A DNA stretch of 64,000 nt. Source: an uncultured Nitrospiraceae bacterium. Its GTDB lineage: Bacteria > Nitrospirota > Nitrospiria > Nitrospirales > Nitrospiraceae. Made by a program: the position numbers and the translations under genes. Below the pieces are notes generated by a model. The model was given only the letters and a program-made list of their open reading frames with translations, did no database searches and was not told where the DNA came from. Positions 18,761 through 27,946 of this stretch are shown here, piece after piece. The number at the start of each line of letters is the position of its first letter. Within the stretch, counting starts at the first letter, position 1. The stretch spans positions 384,001 through 448,000 of the forward strand of contig CAVSTP010000004.1 in NCBI GenBank assembly GCA_963730935.1. Direction: 5' to 3'.

Positions 18761-19171
18761 TCACTTGCCTTCCTTTTCTGAAGGTGTCGACTCCTCGCCT
18801 TCGACGCCACGGCGCTGGATTGGATTATCTGCACCCGCCTTTGGCGTCTGGCTGGTCCTTGGCTGCAGCTGCGGCAGGTTGTTCGATGGCTTGATGGCCG
18901 CCGGCCCCGATGTGCAAGTGCAGACATAGGTGCCGCTCGGGTTGGGATTGCAGTGAATTTGATAACGTTGGTCGCAGCCGCTTCTGCATTTCGCGTCGGA
19001 CGGAGGGCAGCTCTGAATGCATGCGTTGTGCAGACCTTCGCACTTCTTGATCTCAGCATCGTTGTTTGGCACCGCGGCAACTTCCAAACTCGTCGCCATG
19101 ACGAAGCCAATGCACAACATCAAACACCACACGGCCAGCGTGACTCTACCCAGCGAACATCTGTTTTTCAT
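18761..19171 (-). CDS. Small secreted Cys-rich protein with IQRRGVEGE...EKEGK tail
   Basis: GGGAGG RBS; signal peptide; 8 Cys in mature domain. Confidence 0.78.
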   Translation of the reverse strand: MKNRCSLGRVTLAVWCLMLCIGFVMATSLEVAAVPNNDAEIKKCEGLHNACIQSCPPSDAKCRSGCDQRYQIHCNPNPSGTYVCTCTSGPAAIKPSNNLPQLQPRTSQTPKAGADNPIQRRGVEGEESTPSEKEGK

Positions 19172-19246
19172 CACGAACCTCCCGGTAGTTGTGGGTGGAC
19201 CATCTGCAGTCAGAACAGTATCTTCCAATCGTCCCTCTGTAATGAG

Positions 19247-19333
19247 TCACGGTTTCTTCTCCGTCTCCGCCGAAGGAATTTCCTCTTCGGCTGGCCGGTC
19301 TTCCACGCCCCGGCGCATGACTGGAGCGTTCAT
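19247..19333 (-). other. 28-codon mini-ORF or remnant consisting only of the C-terminal tag (MNAPVMRRGVEDRPAEEEIPSAETEKKP)
   Basis: Manual translation; matches MNAPIMRRGVEGE of 24594..25055; preceded by GAAGGAAGG of an EKEGK* remnant. Confidence 0.6.
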
Positions 19334-19664
19334 GTCACTTGCCTTCCTTCTCTGAGGATGTCGGCGTCTGCCATCGGACCCTTATCGCCTTGCGGTGGAT
19401 CGTTTCTGTGGAGTCTGTCGACGGGATGAGAGAAAGGGTTCACGGGAGAAGAAAGCGATTCGGAGTAAGGATAAGGAAAAGAGAGTTGAACTGACGGCCT
19501 TGCGCTCACGGACAACCTCCTGGCTGCCAATACGGACGACCGCAGTTGCTATTGCTGGGGGAGGAAGAATACGGTAGGGAATCGGCCTAGGTCAACACTT
19601 GTGAGCAGGTCTAAAATGTTTAGCCGGCTTCCTCATGCCGATCCGAGACCTCGAAACAGACTAT

Positions 19665-20366
19665 TTACTTGCGGCTATGTCCTGAAATGAGCGCCCACTT
19701 GAGCAAGCTTCCCAATGCGTACACTCCGTCCTTCCAAGTGATTTTCTTGCCCTCGTCGTAAGTTCGTCCTGTGTAGGTGATCGGGATCTCATACACACGA
19801 TAGCCGTATCGGAATAGCTTGACTGTGATTTCCACCTCGATGTCAAAGCCGTCGGACTTGAGCGCAAGCGCCTTGAGCACGCCGGTGCGAACCATCTTGA
19901 AGCCGGTTTCCATGTCGCTCAAGATACCGGAAGTCATCAGATTGCACATGCCCGTGAGGAAGCGGTTCCCCAGGTAATGCCAAAGGAGGAACGCTCGATG
20001 AGGGCCTATGAACCTGGACCCATACACGGCATCGGCATGCCCTTGCTCAATCAACCGAAGCGCAGCGGGATAGTCTTCGGGATGGTATTCGAGATCGGCA
20101 TCCTGAATCATCACCACATCCCCGCTGACCCGTTCGAGAGCGGTTCTGAGGGCAGCGCCCTTTCCTAGATTTCGGTCATGATAGAGAAGATGTACGGACG
20201 CCGGATACTTGTCTAGGAGTACCTTGACCAGGTGTTGGCTGCCGTCTGTCGATCCGTCATCCACCACGATGACTTCATAAGGGCGCGCGACCGACCACAC
20301 GCGATCAATGACCGCCTTGATGGTCTCGCGCTCATTGTAGAGTGGAATCACCACCGACAGACGCAT
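19665..20366 (-). CDS. Glycosyltransferase family 2 (polyprenol-phosphate glycosyltransferase-like)
   Basis: LSVVIPLYNE, VVDDGSTDGS, NLGKGAAL, QDADLEYHP, YGSRF, DMETGFK motifs. Confidence 0.92.
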   Translation of the reverse strand: MRLSVVIPLYNERETIKAVIDRVWSVARPYEVIVVDDGSTDGSQHLVKVLLDKYPASVHLLYHDRNLGKGAALRTALERVSGDVVMIQDADLEYHPEDYPAALRLIEQGHADAVYGSRFIGPHRAFLLWHYLGNRFLTGMCNLMTSGILSDMETGFKMVRTGVLKALALKSDGFDIEVEITVKLFRYGYRVYEIPITYTGRTYDEGKKITWKDGVYALGSLLKWALISGHSRK

Positions 20367-20447
20367 CTGCTCTGTTCTTCATCCGGAGAACCCAGGCCTT
20401 CTGCTGATTTTAGGCAGGAAGCCTGGGTTGATGATCCCTCCTTCCGG

Positions 20448-21293
20448 TTACTTCTGGTCCTTTCCTTCACTTGGAATTTCCACTTCTTGCGTTGCGCTGG
20501 GATCCGCGCCGGCTTCTTTCTCAACACCCCGTGGCATGATCAATCCTCCCGGCGCAGGGGGAAGAATAAGCTGTCCAGGAAGCTTGCCTGGAATCGGTCC
20601 TCGTTCAGGCGTCTCCACGATCACCTTACGAAGTTGGTCCATACTCTGGCCCCTGAGCATGAAACCGACCCCGCCCTGCGCCGCAGGCTCAACCTTGCTG
20701 TCCGGTCGAATCAGGAGGCGTGTGGTGGGGGAAAGAAGGGAGTGCGTCGCGATCGGTTGTCCCTTCATCTGAACCTGCGGTCCTTCTCGAAGGAACAAGA
20801 GGTATCGCTCACCCGGTCGGTACTGTGGATCATCGTGAATATTGACCGTATTTGCGACGAACGGCACTATTTGCGCCGGCGGGTCAATCCCGTCCTTAGG
20901 TTTGGGCGGAGCGCTTTTCATCGGTGGAGGAGCTTCAAATCCGGCCGGCATACCAAGGGTATGAAACACTTTGATCTCTTGCCCCTGCTCACCTTTCAGC
21001 TTTCCCACTGTGTTGAGGGTCACGACTTCCACGGCAATGTGTATCGCATCGCCCGGTTCACCCGGAGCCTTGATGACAATATCGTCGGCTCGTTCCGCTC
21101 TGACCACCTGTGCTTCAACGATCTGTTGGGCCAGTGCCTTGGCCTCAGCAATGTCTCGAGGATCATACGCCCAGGCGGCAGTCATGAGCGGCGGTCTGTA
21201 CAGATAGGTATTGATCGCGATCTGGGCCAGAAATCCCGCGCCCAGGACGACGATCGCCGCTATTAGAACTCGATTGAGTAGGTGGTATTTCAT
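20448..21293 (-). CDS. Exported/membrane-anchored hypothetical protein with IMPRGVEKE tail
   Basis: AGGAAGG RBS; N-terminal hydrophobic helix; PGERYLLFL motif; follows the metalloprotease gene. Confidence 0.7.
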   Translation of the reverse strand: MKYHLLNRVLIAAIVVLGAGFLAQIAINTYLYRPPLMTAAWAYDPRDIAEAKALAQQIVEAQVVRAERADDIVIKAPGEPGDAIHIAVEVVTLNTVGKLKGEQGQEIKVFHTLGMPAGFEAPPPMKSAPPKPKDGIDPPAQIVPFVANTVNIHDDPQYRPGERYLLFLREGPQVQMKGQPIATHSLLSPTTRLLIRPDSKVEPAAQGGVGFMLRGQSMDQLRKVIVETPERGPIPGKLPGQLILPPAPGGLIMPRGVEKEAGADPSATQEVEIPSEGKDQK

Positions 21294-21350
21294 GGTCCCC
21301 TTCCTCCTTCTTCGTCGCATCAATTGACGCGCAGAGTCCACCGAGCTTGC

Positions 21351-21878
21351 TCAATATTTGGCGTTAATATCCGACCAATTGTGGGGGGACGTGAAATTGG
21401 TGCTCGGGCTGTAATATCCCTTCGCCATGCAATCTCCTGTCGCACTATGGTCTAAACCGAAGGTATGGCCGACTTCCTGACATTGAACTCCTTGCACACC
21501 TTGAGAGGAATAACTGTAATAGGAATTGAAGGTGGCATGAGCGTGAGTGACCCTGCAAAAACACCAGTTGTGCCACCAGTCGAACTCATAGTTGATGATC
21601 GATGCAAGGCCGGCCCATCCGGTCGCGCCGGCGTTTGCACCGTACACGCTCACATCGGTATGAGAGCTGGCGAGCGGCAGGCTGAGGTCAGTATGAGAGT
21701 CCCAATCAGCGATGGCCGCTTTGGATTCATTCTGATGGCTTCCATACACCCACATTCTTATTGTGCTCTTATCCCAGTGCCAGCTCCCCCAGTTATGGGC
21801 CTGTAAAGCCTGAATGTTGACCATGAGCAGGCCTAGGACGATTCCGGCGAGAACGATCGCTTTAGCCCTCGATGTCAT
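21351..21878 (-). CDS. Small secreted matrixin-like (metzincin) metalloprotease
   Basis: Signal peptide; CQEVGHTFGLDH (HExxHxxGxxH with first His as Gln) and DCM Met-turn. Confidence 0.75.
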   Translation of the reverse strand: MTSRAKAIVLAGIVLGLLMVNIQALQAHNWGSWHWDKSTIRMWVYGSHQNESKAAIADWDSHTDLSLPLASSHTDVSVYGANAGATGWAGLASIINYEFDWWHNWCFCRVTHAHATFNSYYSYSSQGVQGVQCQEVGHTFGLDHSATGDCMAKGYYSPSTNFTSPHNWSDINAKY

Positions 21879-22005
21879 GACTGCCTCCCTTCTGTGTATG
21901 CCCAGCGACGCAGCAGATGTTCCGAAATTCTCACTTGATCCCTCGCTTCGCCTAATGATCTCGGCGAGAGCGTCATCTGCTCACCTCCCTCCATGTGACG
22001 GCACG

Positions 22006-22464
22006 TTACTCACCTGCGATCTGGTGGCCCACCACAGGCTCCAACGCGCGGGTGACTTGCGGATTTTTCCCCACGTACAGAACGAGCAGTTTCCCTTTCC
22101 TGAAGAAATGAGGCGGCTCCACCCACCCGATTCGGGTTTCGCCGATCGTTGAGCCATCCGGGGCGATCTTTGCCACCGCGGCCTTGGCTGATTTTTCACT
22201 GTCGTATTCGAACGTTTGGACGTCGCTGCCATCGATACTGACAAATTGACCCGGGACGGACAGAAAAGGTTGGACAACCGGCCCCTTGGCCTCAACCGCA
22301 TGACCGGCTTTTTTCAGATCTTCGATGAATGTCGCGCGAGTCGATTCCGCGCCGGCTTGGCCGCTCTCGGAATCTTGAGATCTCACACACCCGGCCCCAC
22401 TGAGCAGTAGGCTGATGAGAAGCACGTCGCACAAGAACGCGCTGCTCCACATTCGATCAGTCAT
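22006..22464 (-). CDS. Hypothetical lipoprotein
   Basis: GGAGGAAGG RBS; LLLSGAGC lipobox; globular composition. Confidence 0.75.
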   Translation of the reverse strand: MTDRMWSSAFLCDVLLISLLLSGAGCVRSQDSESGQAGAESTRATFIEDLKKAGHAVEAKGPVVQPFLSVPGQFVSIDGSDVQTFEYDSEKSAKAAVAKIAPDGSTIGETRIGWVEPPHFFRKGKLLVLYVGKNPQVTRALEPVVGHQIAGE

Positions 22465-22744
22465 GGCAAGAAAACCTTCCTCCCGGACCAGTCAAGCTAT
22501 GGCCGGGCTCCAGAACAATGGCCTATCAGTGGGTCGTCCGAACGCTCGAAGAGGTTCATAAAATAGAGGCGGGTGTAGGATCTAACAATGCGACGCACGC
22601 TGAGCAGGATTGCAGAGCTGGGAACTACACCATGGGGATCGACCATGATTCGACCACGTCCCTATGAAGAGACCGGTGTGAAGCAGGGGTGGACAGGCTA
22701 CGAATTTCTCCCATATAAGTCAATGCCAATTGAGCCAAAAGGAT

Positions 22745-24436
22745 TCATGGATCTTTAATGGGATCTGAATCGCAGGCTGACGACGGCACGTCGAGACGAT
22801 AGAGCGCGACCGCCTTATCGTCATGGACTAGACGAACGAACCTCTCGAAACCACTGATCGATTCCCTGTGTCTTACCAACCAGCTTTGGTCGATGGCCAG
22901 AGTGGTTACGTGCAGATTTTTGGTCATCAGACAGAGCAAGGGGAGGCTTGGAAACTCACGTGCCATGTCCGCCTGGAAGCGCAGGTAACCAGGCGGGAAA
23001 AAGCCGGAATATCCATTGATAAGCGGTTTGTTGTGATCGATCTGTGCAAAAAGCCGCCAGGCCTCAATCTCATAGTGGGAGACGTGCCGGCCGCTGGGGA
23101 ATGGGATGTGGGCTACTATCGCGGCCTCTTGCCTAGACTTGAGCCATGCAGTCCACTCTGTGCGGGGAGTCGCCGGTATTTGGACCAGAGGAGCAGGAAC
23201 CGCCATGTTTTCCACAGCGGCCAGGATTCCCAGCGTCATGGCTAATACCATTCCGGCAGAGCGAAGAGGCCATTCCTTTAGCCGAGCCAGAGCCACAGGG
23301 GCCAGCAAGCAAAGACCAAGCTGGGTAAACAGCGCGAATCGGAAGGGGCTCCGCAATTGGCTGAAGCCCGGTATTAGGTTTTTCAGGGTCCAAAATGGGT
23401 GCCATCCGCCGATGCTGACATTAAGGCCCAGAGCAAGAACACTGGACCCGATGATCATCGCTCCGAAAAGAAGGACCCAGGGCCGCTGCTCCGCATGTTG
23501 AAGGGCGAGGCTGAATCCCCAGGCGGCCAGCAGTAGGACGAAAAGGCCGGGAAAGAGCCCGGCCGTATCCCCATCCGTTGACTCTCGTGGAGGAATCGAG
23601 AGAGAAGCGGTGGCCGGCCTAGTAAAAAAATCAGACGGTTTCGCTGAAAGCGCCGCGACGACGTCGAAGGGACGTTCGAATTCCAGGGAGCTGTGGAATG
23701 ATAGAATCTGCGTCGCTAGCGGGGCAATGAGAGCCACCCAGAGCAGGGCGGCCAGGACCAATTTGCCGACCGCGCGGCGATCGTCACGGAGCAGCCATAC
23801 GGTCATCAGACCCGCCCCGGCGACCCAAGGAGCACCGAGTAATGCCAGCTGTTGGGAGGTGAGAAACTGCGCAACGTATCCGGCGCACGCCCACAGCGCG
23901 TGACCGAGCCGACGAGTCTGGGAGAATCTCACGAGGCCCTCGAAGGTCCACAGAGCCCCAAAGACAGGAAGCATGGGAAGCACCCCGAGAACTTTCGCGA
24001 TGAAGGGCAGCGTAACAATGAAGAGCCCGCCGAGGGCGGCTGCAAACGGCGGAAGGTGCAAGGCGCGAAGCAGACGATAGGCAAACCACCCGTTGAGCGT
24101 CAGAATCAGAAGCAGAGCACAGTTATAGGCAAGCGCGGGCGGGAAGCCGAGGGCCCATAAGGGCGAGACCATGAGGCCCGTCAGCGGCTGGGGCTCGGAA
24201 TAGGTAAAAACTCCCTCGTTCGGATAAAAGATGGGAGCATTCCAGTACGAGCTGAAGCCGTGGCTTACTCGGTCTGATGTCCACCAGAGGATCCAAAGAT
24301 TGAACAGCGGAACCGTAGCCTCCCGCTCAGTCCCGAGCGGGATGGCTAAAGACATATGGAAGACCAGAGGCCAAGTTGCCGCGATCGCGCCGAGGAGGCA
24401 GAGAGCCGGCGCCACGAAGACTCCTTGATCTCTCAC
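22745..24436 (-). CDS. Polytopic membrane protein, GT-C/YfhO-like putative glycosyltransferase
   Basis: About 11-12 hydrophobic segments; LWILWW, WNAPIFYP, YSE, LRSPFRF, INGYSGFFP motifs. Confidence 0.7.
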   Translation of the reverse strand: MRDQGVFVAPALCLLGAIAATWPLVFHMSLAIPLGTEREATVPLFNLWILWWTSDRVSHGFSSYWNAPIFYPNEGVFTYSEPQPLTGLMVSPLWALGFPPALAYNCALLLILTLNGWFAYRLLRALHLPPFAAALGGLFIVTLPFIAKVLGVLPMLPVFGALWTFEGLVRFSQTRRLGHALWACAGYVAQFLTSQQLALLGAPWVAGAGLMTVWLLRDDRRAVGKLVLAALLWVALIAPLATQILSFHSSLEFERPFDVVAALSAKPSDFFTRPATASLSIPPRESTDGDTAGLFPGLFVLLLAAWGFSLALQHAEQRPWVLLFGAMIIGSSVLALGLNVSIGGWHPFWTLKNLIPGFSQLRSPFRFALFTQLGLCLLAPVALARLKEWPLRSAGMVLAMTLGILAAVENMAVPAPLVQIPATPRTEWTAWLKSRQEAAIVAHIPFPSGRHVSHYEIEAWRLFAQIDHNKPLINGYSGFFPPGYLRFQADMAREFPSLPLLCLMTKNLHVTTLAIDQSWLVRHRESISGFERFVRLVHDDKAVALYRLDVPSSACDSDPIKDP

Positions 24437-24593
24437 TGCGGAGGCTTCAAGTCTTCAATAGGACCAGTGGACGGACTCTGCCAGTTCATTTTGAGTCTCC
24501 TTCGCATTCACTTCGTCACGGGACAGTATCTCCACCTTGTGGCTGAAAACTGATACCCCGTTGGCACACGCCGGTACAGGTACCGGCGCTACA

Positions 24594-25055
24594 CTATTTC
24601 TTTCCCTCGGGTTGTTCATGAGAACCTGATGGAGCCGGTGTGGAATCGGCGGGCTGCTCGCCTTCGACTCCGCGCCGCATGATTGGAGCATTCATCCCGG
24701 CTTTCGGGACAGGGGTTGTTCGCGGAGGAGGATTTGTCGGCGCGACCTGAAGCTGCCCTCCCTGAACTGCGCCTATATTGGCTTTTGGATTCTTGGGAGT
24801 CTGAAAGCTTTCGATCTGCTCACAATCTTTCCCGCCCTCCGCATTAGGGGCGCAGCACATATAGTCTCCGCTACCGTTGCACTCGACCCACTGCCCAGGC
24901 TTGTTCAGACAATGGAAGGCTCCGTCTGGAACACCCCCCTTGCAGTTCTGTGGATTTTTTATGGGTTCCGCTTTAGCCGGTATCGCGTGAACCAGGCATG
25001 CATACATCAGAAACATCGCCACACCGCCGCATCGGATCGAGCTTCTGCTCCTCAT
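24594..25055 (-). CDS. Small secreted Cys-rich protein with IMRRGVEGE tail
   Basis: GAGG RBS; signal peptide ending AKA; 6 Cys; Pro-rich linker and tag. Confidence 0.78.
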   Translation of the reverse strand: MRSRSSIRCGGVAMFLMYACLVHAIPAKAEPIKNPQNCKGGVPDGAFHCLNKPGQWVECNGSGDYMCCAPNAEGGKDCEQIESFQTPKNPKANIGAVQGGQLQVAPTNPPPRTTPVPKAGMNAPIMRRGVEGEQPADSTPAPSGSHEQPEGKK

Positions 25056-25101
25056 TGCGCACCGTCCTCTCTGGCCTTTGGCCTGTTAAGATCCTCGTTT
25101 G

Positions 25102-25515
25102 TCACTTGCCTTCCTTCTCTGAAGACGTCGGCTGCTCACTCTCGACTCCGCGATGCTGCAGGACCGGCGCGTCCGCCTTAGGGACAACAGAGGGACGGGT
25201 CTTGCCTAATTGAGGCTTTTGTTCGAAACAACCACTATTGCAGCCGACGGGTCCCTGCGAGGGAACACACCCGTGCACTGCGCTAAATACACACATTCCC
25301 GCTGGGCTGGTACACACGCATACAGGTGACTCTCCAGGAGCTGCCCCTTGTCGAATGGCACGCTCTTGCACGTCTCCGGATACCGGCGGTGATTGCTCCG
25401 GGGAAGCCACAGGCGACGATTCGTCTGCCGCTTGAGCAAATGAAGATCCGGTCATCAAGAGAACGAAGGCAAAAGAAGCCAGCACATATGGTCTCTTCCT
25501 ACCCAGTGAAGGCAT
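25102..25515 (-). CDS. Small secreted 6-Cys protein with both N-type (DVQERAI) and C-type (QHRGVESE...EKEGK) tags
   Basis: AAGGAG RBS; signal peptide ending SFA; CVC..C..C..CNSGC. Confidence 0.78.
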   Translation of the reverse strand: MPSLGRKRPYVLASFAFVLLMTGSSFAQAADESSPVASPEQSPPVSGDVQERAIRQGAAPGESPVCVCTSPAGMCVFSAVHGCVPSQGPVGCNSGCFEQKPQLGKTRPSVVPKADAPVLQHRGVESEQPTSSEKEGK

Positions 25516-25574
25516 CTCCGACTCCTTTCGCGATGATGTCCTTCCAACTACGGCAATCCTTGAAACCTGTGGTG

Positions 25575-26036
25575 TCACTTGCCTTCTTTCTCTGAAGAAG
25601 TGGGCTGCTCACCCTCAACGCCTCGGGGCATGACGGTCCCAGCGCTTGGAGCCATCGGAGCGCGTTGAAACTTACTCGGTGGTACGCCCGGTGACACAGG
25701 AGCCTGCTGCAGGACCCCGCCGGTCGGAGGAACAACGGTCCCCGACTGAGGTCCCTTCATTGCGGCCGGCTTGCAGTCCCTCACATTCGAGTAGCTCGTC
25801 TTTTCGTAACATTTCCCAGCAGGAGGCAGACCACCCTCGCACTCATCGTATTTGCAGTAGTCGGCGGTGCACTTCATGGCTTTGCCGGTACCTTCTTCTG
25901 TACCGTTTACGGTGGTGGTGCCGGATGACTTGCATGTCTGACCAGCCGGACCTTTCGGCACGGCCAGGGCAATGTCTGGCATCCCAATCACTGCCGCGAG
26001 CAATCCGATGACCCAAATCCGTCTCCGATCAGTCAT
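25575..26036 (-). CDS. Small secreted Cys-rich protein with VMPRGVEGE...EKEGK tail
   Basis: AAGGAGG RBS; signal peptide ending ALA; 6 Cys. Confidence 0.78.
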   Translation of the reverse strand: MTDRRRIWVIGLLAAVIGMPDIALAVPKGPAGQTCKSSGTTTVNGTEEGTGKAMKCTADYCKYDECEGGLPPAGKCYEKTSYSNVRDCKPAAMKGPQSGTVVPPTGGVLQQAPVSPGVPPSKFQRAPMAPSAGTVMPRGVEGEQPTSSEKEGK

Positions 26037-26231
26037 GGGCAGGTCCTCCTTAACGTCCTTCCGAGTGGAGTCACGGTTTCTTGTCTGTTTCCTCCGACGG
26101 AATTCCCGGTTCGTCGGGCCGGTCATCCAGCCAAAATAAGGGGAACGGATCAGCAGCGCTGCTGCCCGCTATTGTTCTGCTCGTTACTCTCCGCCAAAAG
26201 CGGGCCGTCGGTCGGCCTGTCTCTTTCTTCT

Positions 26232-27202
26232 TCAAAAAAAAGTGATACCTGTTATTCGGTCCAGCCACCATGTCTCTGTATTTGCTAAGGATATCCACCT
26301 GCACGGAAGCATCGGTGGAGAAATCGGTCTGGTAAAGGAGAACACCAACGTGTGCACCTTGAGGTTGGCCTGGTGCTGACCTCCAGGCCGGCACAAGAAA
26401 TGTGTGGAACTCCCGTAGCGTGCCTCGGCTCGCTCCGAGGCTGCAACTTCCATTTCGATGTTGCCCTGATTCTCCGGCTTATGCCACAGGAAGACGATCT
26501 CACTTTTCGAGTTGAGAATGTTGGCAAACTGCGATCGCATCCGCTAGCTATAAAGAACCTCAAATGTGAGACAAAGAAGTCGTAGAGCGGGATAAGCGTG
26601 AACTGCTTGGTGACCAAGAAGGATTACCCATTGGGGACCAGCTCGCGCAGAGTGATATCGAGGCGCATGAAACGGGGCCTCCCGTCCCCCTCTGCCTCAC
26701 GATACGAGATGATCAGGCCGGTGGTGGGACTATAGGTCTTCTTCAGGCGCTGAACTCGGAAGGAAGAGTTGTAGGAGACGCTGATCTCGATCGGGACCGT
26801 CACCGGCACGTTTGCGGGGACGCGGAAGTTCACGGAGATGCTCTTCGACGTGATCCGGATCGCCTGTACGATGGCGTTTAAACTCGGAGTCGGCGCGATA
26901 GAACCAGTAGATTGAAGGGTGCCGCTGGGCGCCACGGGCGCCGTAAGCCCAGGCAGGAGCCCTCGTTCCTGAATGTCGGTGGCCTCCTCCGCCGGCGGAG
27001 CCGGCTCTTCGGGCATCGTGGGCGGCGTGGATTGCGATGCCGGCGCTGGTGCGTCGGTTGTTGTGGCGGACTCACCACCGGTGCCAATAGATGGGATAGT
27101 CTGAAGCGGCGACTCGTCCGCCAGAAGCAGGCTCGCTGACGGGATGCTCAACAGGCCACTGATCATCAGGATTGCTGTTATCCACATGGTGATCGCGATC
27201 AT
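26232..27202 (-). pseudogene. Disrupted third copy of paralogue family A
   Basis: Signal peptide, DIQERGL tag and strong similarity to 17632..18663 up to in-frame TAA (26624-26626) where the paralogue has Gln; homology continues (FTLIPLYDFFVSHLRF..GCD; SEIVFLWHKP) across frameshifts. Confidence 0.75.
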
Positions 27203-27241
27203 AAAGTCTCCTCCACGCTGCGCCACTGGAGACAGTTCATG

Positions 27242-27764
27242 TTAACGTCCCCTGGGAGGGCCTCCCTTACTCGGCGGACCGCTGCTCCATTCGCATTTGC
27301 CGTTACAAGGACCCTGCGGATACTTGCGACAGATTGCGACGTCGTCTTTGGACACAACCATGCACATCCCCGTTCCACTAGTACACCCGCAGGTCATGAC
27401 CGTCTCATTTGTGACCGCACCACCGGCTTTTCGCTTTGCCGTCATTTGGTTATTCGCACCCTTTTCTAACAAGTACCCCGGCGAGGCCCTGAGTTGATCC
27501 CCCTGCACGATGAATCCTTGAGGCGGCACGCCGCGTTCCTGCACGTCTCCCGATGAGGCATACTGCAATTCTGCCTCTGTTGCACCGTACGGTCCTATCG
27601 GATCGCGGAAGCCGCCGCGCGATTGAATTTCCGTCCGGTTCTCCTGTTGGGCGCTCTTCGATGGTGCCAACGGATGATTTCGAGGGCTCAGGCGTTTCAC
27701 CGAAGGCTGAACCAAGTAGGAGTAGCCATATCAATGCAACGCTCACGGGGATTGGGCTCATCAT
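27242..27764 (-). pseudogene. Secreted 6-Cys-domain protein with a +1 frameshift near 27632 (pseudogene or sequencing error)
   Basis: AAAGGAG RBS and signal peptide in one frame; EIQSRG, DVQERGV and Cys domain in another; removing one G at 27631-27632 joins them as GEPDEIQSRG. Confidence 0.7.
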
Positions 27765-27946
27765 GTATCATCTCCTTTCATCTGAAACGGAAAATTGTTC
27801 CAACGGGAATAGGACAGAGACCAGTTAATCCACTTCACGGTCACCCCGCGCGTGAGAGCGTGATAGCCCTAAACGTGCTTCATTCGAGGCATTTCCCATG
27901 ACTGCCTCGGTTTCGATCTCCCGATTCAGCGAACTCCAACCAGTCT

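Noticed and set aside
17632..19110. 492-aa ORF as given in the track
   Set aside because: The N-terminal 149 aa overlap gene 18761..19171; RBS, signal peptide and paralogue alignment put the start at 18663
20232..21266. Long plus-strand ORF, and similar shadow ORFs at 31885..32766, 45785..46558, 15955..16839 and 3258..4115
   Set aside because: Antisense or off-frame to well-supported genes in GC-rich DNA; no RBS or motifs
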